From Oscillospiraceae bacterium (GTDB taxonomy: Bacteria > Bacillota > Clostridia > Oscillospirales > Ruminococcaceae), in contig JAZRHT010000161.1 of NCBI GenBank assembly GCA_045644905.1, positions 1-45,110 of the forward strand: a DNA stretch of 45,110 nt, in the 5' to 3' direction. Numbering within the stretch: the stretch's first letter is position 1; each line of letters starts with the position of its first letter. The notes below the pieces were generated by a model. It searched no databases, was not told the DNA's origin, and saw only the letters and a program-made list of their open reading frames with translations. Position numbers and translations under genes: made by a program. Shown one piece after another: positions 1-8,503 of this stretch.

Positions 1-696
1 ACTCCCAAAAGCGGATACGAGGTTACAGGCTTCAAGATTACCAAAGGCTCTGCAACTGTTACTCAGAGCGGAAACACCTTTATTGTTAATGCTACAAGCG
101 ACGTTTCCATTACAATCAACTTCGCAAAAGCAACCTGCAAGCACCCAGATGCTTTCGATATTTCCGGTTCATCTGCCACATGCGATGTTGTTGGATACAC
201 TGATGGAAAGTATTGCCCTGATTGTCAAAAATACATTAGTGGTCATGCAGAAATCGCTCCTACCGGCCACAAATACACCGACTCTAAAGACACAACCTGC
301 AACGTTTGCGGATTTAAGAAAGGCAGCGAAACAACATCCAAGCCAGCAGGCACCACAAGTAAACCCACTACTACAAGCAAACCTACTACCACAAGTAAGC
401 CTACCACAAACAATCCCACTGAGAGTAACCCTCAGATAGAATCCAATGTTTCTAACGATACTACTTCAAGCAATGTTCAGCTTGAAAACGAAACAACCTC
501 TTCACTCCCCGACGGTAATATAGACAATGTTCCCGAGGGCATCCCCAATATTACTCCCGACGGAATTCCCAACATTATTACCGACAACGGCAAAAATGCT
601 TCATTCCCTTGGTGGATAATTCTTGTAGCAGTCGTTGTTCTCGGAGGCGGAGCTGCAGCAGTTGTTATCATCCTTAAAAAGAACAAAAAACTTTAA
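1..696 (+). CDS. 3' part of a cell-surface protein (5' end lies outside the window): Cys/His-rich module, Thr/Ser/Lys/Pro linker, C-terminal membrane anchor
   Basis: Frame 1 is open from nt 1 to TAA at 694-696 and has no in-frame ATG/GTG/TTG, so it is absent from the ORF track. Translation: ...KATCKHPDAFDISGSSATCDVVGYTDGKYCPDCQKYISGHAEIAPTGHKYTDSKDTTCNVCGFKKG, then TTSKP repeats, then WWIILVAVVVLGGGAAAVVIIL followed by KKNKKL. A hydrophobic helix plus a basic tail is a typical membrane anchor. The track ORF 83..439 is in another frame and looks spurious. Confidence 0.75.
   Translation, partial: TPKSGYEVTGFKITKGSATVTQSGNTFIVNATSDVSITINFAKATCKHPDAFDISGSSATCDVVGYTDGKYCPDCQKYISGHAEIAPTGHKYTDSKDTTCNVCGFKKGSETTSKPAGTTSKPTTTSKPTTTSKPTTNNPTESNPQIESNVSNDTTSSNVQLENETTSSLPDGNIDNVPEGIPNITPDGIPNIITDNGKNASFPWWIILVAVVVLGGGAAAVVIILKKNKKL
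331..408 (+). repeat. In-frame tandem T-T-S-K-P linker repeat (about 15-nt unit, 3-4 copies)
   Basis: Encodes TTSKPAGTTSKPTTTSKPTTTSKPTT. The DNA unit acNacaagYaaRccYacY recurs. Confidence 0.8.
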
Positions 697-709
697 TAAA
701 TAAAGAAAA

Positions 710-745
710 GCGCCCGTGTACAACACGGGCGCTAATTTTTATTTT
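710..745. terminator. Bidirectional intrinsic terminator between convergent genes
   Basis: Perfect 9-bp GC-rich stem gcgcccgtg (710-718) / cacgggcgc (724-732) with a 5-nt loop. It has an A-run upstream and a T-rich run (taatttttattttt) downstream. Confidence 0.8.
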
Positions 746-1968
746 TGAGGTAAATATATATGTCTGGGAAGACCATCAATATAAACGGGAGTAAGCTCTG
801 CTTGAATGAGTGGACGGGCATATGCGAGAAATTCGGGCTTCATATCGGTATGATCAGCGTTTATCCATTCAAGCGGGACTTTTTTCTCAAAATTCGCAAC
901 CTTATGAACGTCGTGGGGCTCGGTTGTGCACTGATATGGGTCGTTGGAAAGGCGCTTTAAAGCGATCATTTCGCCTGTATGACCCTCGAATGCCGCCTTA
1001 GCAGCCGCTCCGCCAACCTGAAAAGCCTCGGTTATATCGGTTCGGCTTGTCATATGACCTGCGCATCTTTGAAGCGTGCTAAGCTCAACAGAGCGTACCT
1101 TTGTGTCAAGATTTGCGGCTATCTGATTTGAAAGATAACGTGCCGTACCCGTAAGGCTTTTATGGCCGAATGCATCAACAAATCGTGCGTCATCATTAAG
1201 CTCGCAAACATATCTGCCATCCGCAAGCTTAACACCCTCAGAAACGGCAATAACAACCGATTTCTTATCCTTTTGCATTCGTTCTACTTTTTTAATGAAG
1301 TTTTCAACTCCAAACGGTATTTCGGGAAGGCATATCATATCAACACCCTCGCAGTCCTCTGCTCTCGCAAGAGCTGCTGCGGCGGTAAGCCAACCTGCGT
1401 TTCGTCCCATTATTTCAACAATTGTAACATAAGGCGTACCGTAAACTGTTGCATCTCGGATAATTTCCTTCATAATAACGCCGATATATTTCGCCGCTGA
1501 GCCATAGCCGGGGGTGTGATCGGTTACCATAAGGTCGTTATCAATGGTTTTGGGAACACCCATAAATTTTATTGTGCTTCCTATTATCTTTGCGTAATCT
1601 GAAAGCTTGCAAATAGTGTCCATACTATCGTTTCCGCCAATATAGAAAAACCACTCAATTTCAAGTTCTTTTAAGATTTTAAAAATCTTTTCATAAGTTT
1701 CTTCACTTTCATTTACATCAGGAAGTTTATAACGGCAGGAGCCCAAATAAGAGGAAGGCGTACGTTTTAAAAGTTCGATTTCAAGGCTACTTGGAAGGCT
1801 TTTATAAAGATCAACTACTCTGCCTTCCAAAAGACCTGCTATTCCGTTTTGCATACCGTAAACACAGTCTGCTCCTCTGCTTTGGCAGGCCTGAAATACA
1901 CCCGCAAGGCTAGCATTTATAACCGAGGTTGGACCTCCGCTCTGTCCAACAATTGCGTTTTTTGCCAT
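739..1968 (-). CDS. pfp: 6-phosphofructokinase, probably the pyrophosphate-dependent type (diphosphate--fructose-6-phosphate 1-phosphotransferase)
   Basis: PFK-family N-terminus AIVGQSGGPTSVINASLAGV plus the motifs IGGNDSMDT and GVPKTIDNDL. Asp sits at the position of E. coli PfkA Gly104 and Lys at that of Gly124, a residue pair that correlates with PPi use. RBS GGAG lies upstream of the ATG. Confidence 0.85.
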   Translation of the reverse strand: MAKNAIVGQSGGPTSVINASLAGVFQACQSRGADCVYGMQNGIAGLLEGRVVDLYKSLPSSLEIELLKRTPSSYLGSCRYKLPDVNESEETYEKIFKILKELEIEWFFYIGGNDSMDTICKLSDYAKIIGSTIKFMGVPKTIDNDLMVTDHTPGYGSAAKYIGVIMKEIIRDATVYGTPYVTIVEIMGRNAGWLTAAAALARAEDCEGVDMICLPEIPFGVENFIKKVERMQKDKKSVVIAVSEGVKLADGRYVCELNDDARFVDAFGHKSLTGTARYLSNQIAANLDTKVRSVELSTLQRCAGHMTSRTDITEAFQVGGAAAKAAFEGHTGEMIALKRLSNDPYQCTTEPHDVHKVANFEKKVPLEWINADHTDMKPEFLAYARPLIQAELTPVYIDGLPRHIYLPQK

Positions 1969-2037
1969 AATATCACACTCCGATTTATTTCCTTGAATAT
2001 TTATTCCACCTATCTATTATATTACCCAGATTACAAA

Positions 2038-2080
2038 TAAATGCAGCATTTCAAAATTGAAATGCTGCATTTATATTTTA
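2038..2080 (-). terminator. Intrinsic terminator downstream of the aldo/keto reductase gene
   Basis: 13-bp perfect stem atgcagcatttca / tgaaatgctgcat (2041-2070) with a 4-nt loop. The flanks are A/T-rich. Confidence 0.6.
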
Positions 2081-2082
2081 AA

Positions 2083-3261
2083 TTAAAATTTAATAAATAA
2101 CCTGGCAAATTTTGCGGCTATTCGGTAAATGGGAGATTCAAGCTCTTTTTGAGCGTTCTTAAGCTCCGCTCTAATGTTTATACCTTGTGGACAATGTTTT
2201 TCACACTTACCACAGCCTATGCAGTTTGAGGCGACCGTTGAGTTTTTTCTAAGTGTTGTGCACATAAAATATTCTCTTAATGCAGGAAACCATCCTTCAG
2301 AATAAAGGCGGTTGTATGCCGAAAAGGTCCCCGGAATATCAACAGATTTAGGACAAGGAACACAGTATCCGCATCCTGTGCACCCAACCTTCATTTTGGA
2401 ATTTATTGCATCGGCAACTGAGGCGAGCATTTCTTCGTCCCGAGGCGTAAACTCGCCAATTTTGGCTTCTGAGGCTGTTTTAATATTATCCAAAATCATA
2501 TGTTCGCTGTTCATTCCTGAGAGAACGCAGGTCACTTCCTTTTGATTAAAAAGCCATCTAAACGCCCACTGTGCAGGAGTTCTTTTAACTTCGTAGTTTT
2601 CAAAAATTCTCTTAGCTTCTAAGGGAAGGTTCTTAACAAGCTTTCCTCCACGAAGTGGCTCCATTATCATAACGGGAAGTCCCTTTTCATTTGCATATTT
2701 TAGACCACGTCTGCCCGCCTGAGAATGTTCGTCCATATAATTGTACTGAATCATGCAAAATTCCCATTCAAAAGCGTCAATGAGTTTTATGAACATATCG
2801 GAATTACCATGGTATGAAAAACCTATCTGCCCTATCTGACCGCTTTTCTTTTTCTCGTCTATCCACTCTTTAATTCCAAGCTCACAAAGACGCTCCCACG
2901 ATGCTATGTCGGTCAGCATGTGCATAAAATAATAGTCAATTCTATCGGTTTTAAGGCGAGAAAGCTCCTCGGAAAATATTCTGTCGAGGTCTTTTTTGCT
3001 TTTTATGAGATAATGAGGCATTTTGCTTGCAATATACACTTTACTGCGAACATTATTTCTACTGAAAATCTCTCCCAGAGCAGCTTCACTACCTGGATAG
3101 ATATAAGCAGTATCAAAATAGTTTACACCGTTTTCAATGGCAAGCATTATCTGCTTTTCAGCTTTTTCAAGGTCAATTTTACCGCCTTTTCGCTCAAAGC
3201 GCATACAACCGAATCCCAAAACAGATATTTCGTTTCCGTATTTATCCTTGCGGTAATTCAT
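2083..3261 (-). CDS. Aldo/keto reductase family oxidoreductase with a C-terminal 4Fe-4S ferredoxin-type domain
   Basis: AKR-like N-terminus (ISVLGFGCMRF, NYFDTAYIYPGSE). The C-terminal part carries two Cys clusters, CTGCGYCVPCP and CIGCGKCEKHCP. Confidence 0.8.
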   Translation of the reverse strand: MNYRKDKYGNEISVLGFGCMRFERKGGKIDLEKAEKQIMLAIENGVNYFDTAYIYPGSEAALGEIFSRNNVRSKVYIASKMPHYLIKSKKDLDRIFSEELSRLKTDRIDYYFMHMLTDIASWERLCELGIKEWIDEKKKSGQIGQIGFSYHGNSDMFIKLIDAFEWEFCMIQYNYMDEHSQAGRRGLKYANEKGLPVMIMEPLRGGKLVKNLPLEAKRIFENYEVKRTPAQWAFRWLFNQKEVTCVLSGMNSEHMILDNIKTASEAKIGEFTPRDEEMLASVADAINSKMKVGCTGCGYCVPCPKSVDIPGTFSAYNRLYSEGWFPALREYFMCTTLRKNSTVASNCIGCGKCEKHCPQGINIRAELKNAQKELESPIYRIAAKFARLFIKF

Positions 3262-3271
3262 TTTATACTCC

Positions 3272-4420
3272 TTAAAGAACCTTTAATGTTGCTAATAGAT
3301 ATTCCGAAAATTCTCTGCAGGTCGCCCCGTTAGGTGTACCCGTTACAACTACTTTTTTCTCTTTCTGCGTGCAGATTTCAAGAGCTTTTGAAAGCAAATC
3401 AGCCTTCCCTGTGTAGGATATATGGCGAAGTAACATTTCGCAAGCTTTTATAATGCTTTGAGGATTGGCATACTGCTCTATGCCCTCTTCAATCATTCTC
3501 GGAGCTGAGCCGTGAATTGCTTCAAACATAGCATATCTATCACCTATATTAGCGCTTCCTGCTGTTCCAACTCCACCCTGAAGCTGTGCCGCCTCGTCGG
3601 TTATAATATCGCCGTAGAGATTAGGCATAAGAAAAACCTGAAAGCGACTTCTTATAGCTGGATTTACAAGGTTTGCCGTCATAATATCGATATACCATTC
3701 CTCAACATTTATATCAGGATAATCTTTGGCAACCTCGTGGCATATAGCGGAAAACTTTCCGTCTGTTTTTTTCATTATGTTGGCTTTCGTTACAATTGCA
3801 ACCTCAGTTTTCGAGTTGTTTTTTGCATACTCAAATGCTGCTTTTGCTATTCTTTTTGTTCCTGCATCGGTTGTGACCTTGAAATCAAAGGCAAGCTTGC
3901 CCTCGATTTCTATTCCCTTTGACCCGAGCACATACTCGCCCTCTGTGTTTTCTCTGAAAAATACCCAGTCAACTCCTTCAGAGGCAATCTCAACGGGTCT
4001 GACATTTGCATAAAGGTCGAGTTCACGGCGAAGAGCAACATTTGCGCTCTCTAAGCTGCCGCCTTTAAGTGTTGTTGTCGGTCCTTTTAATATAACATCA
4101 CACTCTTTTATTGCTGCGAGTGTATCTGCGGGTATAGCAGCATTATGATTTATGCGGTTTTCAATGGTAAGACCCTCTATTTTTCGTATTTCGACCTTGC
4201 CACTGACTATTTCATCCTCTAAAAGAAGCTCCAAAACCCTTTTTGCCTCGCTGACAATTATAGGCCCTATCCCGTCTCCCTCACAAATTCCTATCACAAT
4301 CCTTGAAAGAGATGTAAAGTCTTTTGCCTTGTCAGCATTATTTAATTTCTCAACACGGTTAAGCTGCTCGGTGAGTAGTTTTTTAAAGTCGTTTACAGCT
4401 GCATCTATATACTTTTGCAT
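3272..4420 (-). CDS. icd: Isocitrate dehydrogenase (isocitrate/isopropylmalate dehydrogenase family, short NAD-type architecture)
   Basis: Family signature NLYGDIITDEAAQLQGGVGTAGSANIG. The start is trimmed to ATG 4420 (MQKYIDAAV...) because the longer track ORF would overlap the aconitase stop at 4426. The isocitrate assignment rests on operon context with aconitase and the citrate-synthase-like gene. Confidence 0.8.
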   Translation of the reverse strand: MQKYIDAAVNDFKKLLTEQLNRVEKLNNADKAKDFTSLSRIVIGICEGDGIGPIIVSEAKRVLELLLEDEIVSGKVEIRKIEGLTIENRINHNAAIPADTLAAIKECDVILKGPTTTLKGGSLESANVALRRELDLYANVRPVEIASEGVDWVFFRENTEGEYVLGSKGIEIEGKLAFDFKVTTDAGTKRIAKAAFEYAKNNSKTEVAIVTKANIMKKTDGKFSAICHEVAKDYPDINVEEWYIDIMTANLVNPAIRSRFQVFLMPNLYGDIITDEAAQLQGGVGTAGSANIGDRYAMFEAIHGSAPRMIEEGIEQYANPQSIIKACEMLLRHISYTGKADLLSKALEICTQKEKKVVVTGTPNGATCREFSEYLLATLKVL

Positions 4421-4425
4421 AGTAA

Positions 4426-6351
4426 TCACCCATTCTTTGTATAGGCTAAAAGTCCGCCTGCTCTTAAGATTGCTCTCTGGCGCTCTGTAAAATCGGCATT
4501 CAACGAAATTTTTTCCGACGCACCATTTACACAAAGATAAATATTTCCATTTTCAAGTCCATCGAAAATATTTTCGATTTCAATGGTATCAGAAAGGCTG
4601 AGTTTGTCGTAATCCTCTACATTCTTAAATGTGAGCGGTATAATTCCTGCGTTTATGAGATTTGCGATGTGAATTCTCGCAAAGCTTTTTGCAATTACTG
4701 CCCTGACACCGAGATACATTGGAACAAGCGCCGCGTGTTCTCTCGATGAGCCCTGACCATAATTTTCGCCGCCGATTATTATGCTTTTTTTCATTTTCTC
4801 TGCTCGCTCACTAAACCCCTCGTCGCAAACCGCAAAGCAAAACTTAGAAAGATAAGGAATGTTCGAGCGATAAGGAAGAATTTTAGCTCCGGCAGGCATA
4901 ATATGGTCGGTTGTTATGTTATCGCCAACCTTTAATGATATTTGCGTTTTAAGCTCATTTTCAAGGGGCTCTGTTTTAGGAAATTTCTTAATATTGGGGC
5001 CTCTCTCAATCTTAATTTCTGTTGATACGTCTGCGGGGGCAGGCGCAATTATGCCGCTATCATCAATCTTAAATGAGTCGGGAAGACTTATTTTCGGCAT
5101 AGCACCAAGCTCTCTCGGGTCAGTGATTTCACCGCTTAATGCGGCGGCAACGGCTGTTTCAGGAGAAACGAGATAGACGCTTGCGTCTTTTGTGCCGCTT
5201 CGTCCTTCGAAATTCCTATTGAATGTTCTAAGCGAAACGCCATTTGAATTGGGAGAAAATCCCATTCCAATACACGGACCGCAGGCACATTCCAAAATTC
5301 TCGCTCCGCTACCTATTATATCACCGAGTGCACCGCATTCAGCGAGCATAGAAAGAACCTGCTTTGAACCGGGAGAAATGGAAAGGCTCACGCCTTCACA
5401 CACTGTTTTACCTTTTAGTAGCGCAGCAACCTTTAAAAGATCTAAGAGGGACGAGTTTGTGCATGAACCAATACAAACCTGATGCACCTTAGTGCCTTTA
5501 AGACTTTTAACCTCCACAATATTATCAGGGCTGTGAGGGCAAGCGATAAGCGGCTCAATTTTTGAAAGGTTTATTTCTATAATTTTGTCATAAACTGCGT
5601 CGTCATCCGAACAAATCGGAGTGAAATCCTTTTCTCTGCCTTGTTTTTTGAGAAAATCAAGTGTAATTTCGTCCGAGGGAAAGATTGATGTTGTTGCACC
5701 GAGCTCTGTTCCCATATTGGTTATAGTCGCTCTTTCGGGAACAGACAGGGTTTTAACACCTTCCCCGCCCCATTCGATAATTGCTCCAACTCCGCCTTTA
5801 ACAGACAAAATTCTAAGAAGCTCTAAGCTTACGTCCTTTGCCGTTACAAAATCGTTAAGTTTACCAATAAGATTTACCTTATACATCTTAGGCATAGTTA
5901 TAAAATACGCTCCGCCACCCATTGCGACAGCGACATCAAGTCCGCCCGCTCCGAAAGCGAGCATTCCAAGACCGCCTGCTGTGGGAGTGTGGCTGTCTGA
6001 GCCTATAAGGGTTTTTGCGGGAATTCCAAAACGCTCTAAGTGAACCTGATGACAAATTCCATTTCCTGCTTTGGAAAAATATATGCCGTGTTTTTTGCAA
6101 ACAGTTTGTATGTATCTGTGGTCATCAGCATTTTCAAACCCGCATTGAAGTGTATTATGATCGATATATGCAACGCTTCTCTCAGTTTTAACTCTGTCAA
6201 TGCCCATACTCTCAAATTCAAGGTATGCCATTGTACCAGTTGCGTCCTGAGTAAGTGTCTGATCAATTTTCAGAGAAATTTCGCTTCCGGCTTTCATTTC
6301 TCCACTCATTAAATGTGATTTTATTATTTTCTGGGCAATGGTGAGTCCCAT
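4426..6351 (-). CDS. Aconitate hydratase (aconitase)
   Basis: 641 aa with the aconitase Fe-S ligand motifs CIGSCTNSS and ACGPCIGMG, plus a swivel-domain-like C-terminus. The stop of the upstream GntR gene abuts the start codon (TAAATG). Confidence 0.9.
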   Translation of the reverse strand: MGLTIAQKIIKSHLMSGEMKAGSEISLKIDQTLTQDATGTMAYLEFESMGIDRVKTERSVAYIDHNTLQCGFENADDHRYIQTVCKKHGIYFSKAGNGICHQVHLERFGIPAKTLIGSDSHTPTAGGLGMLAFGAGGLDVAVAMGGGAYFITMPKMYKVNLIGKLNDFVTAKDVSLELLRILSVKGGVGAIIEWGGEGVKTLSVPERATITNMGTELGATTSIFPSDEITLDFLKKQGREKDFTPICSDDDAVYDKIIEINLSKIEPLIACPHSPDNIVEVKSLKGTKVHQVCIGSCTNSSLLDLLKVAALLKGKTVCEGVSLSISPGSKQVLSMLAECGALGDIIGSGARILECACGPCIGMGFSPNSNGVSLRTFNRNFEGRSGTKDASVYLVSPETAVAAALSGEITDPRELGAMPKISLPDSFKIDDSGIIAPAPADVSTEIKIERGPNIKKFPKTEPLENELKTQISLKVGDNITTDHIMPAGAKILPYRSNIPYLSKFCFAVCDEGFSERAEKMKKSIIIGGENYGQGSSREHAALVPMYLGVRAVIAKSFARIHIANLINAGIIPLTFKNVEDYDKLSLSDTIEIENIFDGLENGNIYLCVNGASEKISLNADFTERQRAILRAGGLLAYTKNG

Positions 6352-7005
6352 TTAAATCAGCTCCTCATTATCCCCCGAAATGCTGTGATATGCGTTTATT
6401 ACGTGCTGAGTCATTGTTTTCATTGCAAGCTCGCTGTCATGAGCTTTAAGGGCATTTAAAATTTCACGGTGTTCTTTTACTGAATCGAGCGCACGCTCTG
6501 AATTCTGAACAGAAACCTGACGGTATTTCTGCACCTTTTTATGAAGCGGTTTTAATGTGTTGTAAATAACATTACTGCCGCTATATTTATAAATAAGCTC
6601 ATGAAACTGATGGTCTACACCCTTTATATGAATGGCATCGCCGCGGCTTGCATAAAACTCCTGCAAATCAAGAATTTCGGAGAGTTCGTTTAATTTTTCA
6701 TCGGTTATGATCTTGGCGGCTTTATATGCCGCAAGACCTTCTATATTCTGACGGATGAGATAAATATCTTTTAAATCCTCGGGAGTTATTCCCAAAACAA
6801 GAGAGCCCTTGCTCGTTTCCTCGATTATGTGTTCTTGTTCAAGACGCCTTAACGCTTCTCGGACGGGAGTGCGGCTTACGCCGAGGCTCTCGCTGAGTTT
6901 TATTTCAGTTAGAAGCTGACCTCTCTGATATTTTCCTGTGAGAATATCATTTTCAAGTTTATCAAAAATCTGGTCTGCAAGTGAAACGGGTTTATGGTCT
7001 CTCAT
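6352..7005 (-). CDS. GntR family transcriptional regulator (FadR/FCD-type C-terminal domain)
   Basis: Winged-helix segment LTEIKLSESLGVSRTPVREALRRLEQEHII followed by a helical C-terminal domain. The start is moved to ATG 7005, which has GGAGG 7 nt upstream. The track start at 7035 would overlap the preceding gene. Confidence 0.85.
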   Translation of the reverse strand: MRDHKPVSLADQIFDKLENDILTGKYQRGQLLTEIKLSESLGVSRTPVREALRRLEQEHIIEETSKGSLVLGITPEDLKDIYLIRQNIEGLAAYKAAKIITDEKLNELSEILDLQEFYASRGDAIHIKGVDHQFHELIYKYSGSNVIYNTLKPLHKKVQKYRQVSVQNSERALDSVKEHREILNALKAHDSELAMKTMTQHVINAYHSISGDNEELI

Positions 7006-7022
7006 ATTTATTCCTCCGTAAG

Positions 7023-8399
7023 TTACAGGCGGCACAGTCGCCCACCTGAAAGTTTTTCAATCTGTGATTCAAGTTCGTGTGTTGAAAGGCTGGTTTGCCT
7101 TCCATTTTCATATTGACCGGATATCCACTCTTTTAAGGATACTACGAGTGGGTCTCTCTTGTCAATCGCCTCATCGCCCGAAAGGTTATAATTTTCGTTA
7201 ATCCAGTAAGCGATTCCTGCAAGTCCCGACGTTTCGCTTATTATAACCGAAGGCTTTTTGTTAAGGATTTTATCGGTATTGAAGATGTTGTATATCTCTT
7301 CATCCTTTAAAAGTCCGTCTGCGTGAATTCCGGCGCGTGTAACATTAAAATACCTTCCTACAAAAGGAGTCATCGGGGGGATATCATATCCCATTTGATT
7401 TTTAAAGTAATCGGCAATTTCTGTTATAACGGTCGCGTCCATTCCATCAAGCGATCCTCTTAGCGAAGCATACTCCATTACCATTGCTTCAAGGGGAATA
7501 TTCCCCGTTCTCTCGCCTATTCCAAGTAGCGAGCAGTTTACCGCACACGCTCCATAAAGCCAAGCTGTACTTGCATTTGAAACCGCTTTATAGAAATCGT
7601 TGTGTCCGTGCCACTCAAGCATTTCGCTGGGCACATCGGAATAGTGTTTAAGACCGTAAATTATTCCCGGTACGCTTCGGGGGAGCGCTACCTCGGTGAA
7701 TGGTACTCCGAGCCCCATTGTGTCGCAGGCGCGAATCTTAACAGGTATTCCCGCATCCTGAGACATTTTCATAAGCTCATTTACAAAAGGGACAACAAAA
7801 CCGTAAAAATCCGCTCTTGTTATATCCTCCAAGTGACACCGAGGCATTACTCCCGCCTCAAAAGCGAGAGATACAGCTGAAAGATAATGGTTTAACGCTT
7901 GTTTCCTTGTCATTTTAAGTTTTTTGAAGATATGATAATCGCTGCATGAAACCAAAATTCCCGTTTCCCTTATCCCAAGGTCTTTTACGAGCTTAAAATC
8001 CTCTTTGCTTGCTCTTATCCAGGTTGTTATCTCGGGAAATTTTAGACCGAGCTCGCGGCATTTTTCAAGCGCCTCTCTATCCTTTTTGCTGTAAACAAAA
8101 AATTCTGTCTGTCTGATAATACCGTAAGGACCTCCGAGCTTGCTCATAAGCTTATAAAGGTCTACAATCTGCTGTACGGTATATGGATTAGCAGATTGCT
8201 GTCCGTCGCGAAGCGATGTGTCTGTTATCCAGATTTCCTTGGGCATTCCTATCGGCACGCGGCGGTGGTTAAAAGGAATTTTGGGAATGTCATCATAAGG
8301 AAACAGTTCCCTATATAAGTTCGGACTATCTACATCCTGCAAGGAATATTTATATATATTCTGCTCTAACAGGTTGGTTTGTAATGACGTTTCGAGCAT
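7023..8399 (-). CDS. Homocitrate synthase/isopropylmalate synthase-family enzyme, most likely Re-face citrate synthase
   Basis: HMGL-like/DRE-TIM motif ITDTSLRDGQQS, with HGHNDFYKAVSNA later in the protein. It is the first gene of an operon that also encodes a GntR regulator, aconitase and isocitrate dehydrogenase. The Re-citrate synthase of Clostridium kluyveri is known to belong to this family. Confidence 0.7.
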   Translation of the reverse strand: MLETSLQTNLLEQNIYKYSLQDVDSPNLYRELFPYDDIPKIPFNHRRVPIGMPKEIWITDTSLRDGQQSANPYTVQQIVDLYKLMSKLGGPYGIIRQTEFFVYSKKDREALEKCRELGLKFPEITTWIRASKEDFKLVKDLGIRETGILVSCSDYHIFKKLKMTRKQALNHYLSAVSLAFEAGVMPRCHLEDITRADFYGFVVPFVNELMKMSQDAGIPVKIRACDTMGLGVPFTEVALPRSVPGIIYGLKHYSDVPSEMLEWHGHNDFYKAVSNASTAWLYGACAVNCSLLGIGERTGNIPLEAMVMEYASLRGSLDGMDATVITEIADYFKNQMGYDIPPMTPFVGRYFNVTRAGIHADGLLKDEEIYNIFNTDKILNKKPSVIISETSGLAGIAYWINENYNLSGDEAIDKRDPLVVSLKEWISGQYENGRQTSLSTHELESQIEKLSGGRLCRL

Positions 8400-8414
8400 A
8401 TCATCATCTCCTTT

Positions 8415-8438
8415 TGTATATTTGTATACAATTATACA
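8415..8438. promoter_or_regulatory. 24-nt near-perfect palindrome (22/24), candidate GntR-type operator
   Basis: TGTATATTTGTATACAATTATACA contains the perfect core TTGTATACAA (8422-8431), which fits the GT-N-AC architecture typical of GntR operators. It overlaps the -10 box of the operon promoter. Confidence 0.55.
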
Positions 8439-8459
8439 TAGAACTTTTTATAAAGTCAA
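8431..8459 (-). promoter_or_regulatory. Sigma-A-type promoter of the citrate synthase-GntR-aconitase-icd operon
   Basis: On the minus strand: TTGACT, 17 nt, TATAAT. It lies about 32 nt upstream of the ATG at 8399, and GGAG sits 8 nt before that start codon. Confidence 0.7.
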
Positions 8460-8470
8460 TAGAAAAAATA

Positions 8471-8500
8471 AAAAAATCGGAGAAAAACTCCGATTTTTTC
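8471..8500 (-). terminator. Intrinsic terminator after the Crp/Fnr gene
   Basis: Stem tcggag (8477-8482) / ctccga (8488-8493) with loop aaaaa. An A-run and a T-run flank it, so a U-tract follows on either strand. The stem is short. Confidence 0.55.
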
Positions 8501-8503
8501 TAT

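Noticed and set aside
83-439. Track ORF of 118 aa at the left edge
   Set aside because: It is in frame 2, starts with TTG and has a low-complexity composition. Frame 1 across the same DNA gives a coherent surface protein with a linker and a TM anchor running to 696.
4421-4534. N-terminal extensions offered by the longest-ORF calls. This one is icd; the same issue occurs at 7006-7035, 11399-11413, 18318-18377, 31142-31171, 34067-34108, 36122-36202, 36866-36883 and 42877-42939
   Set aside because: Each extension overlaps the upstream gene or contains the Shine-Dalgarno sequence of a better-placed internal start. The family N-termini or signal peptides begin at the shorter start.
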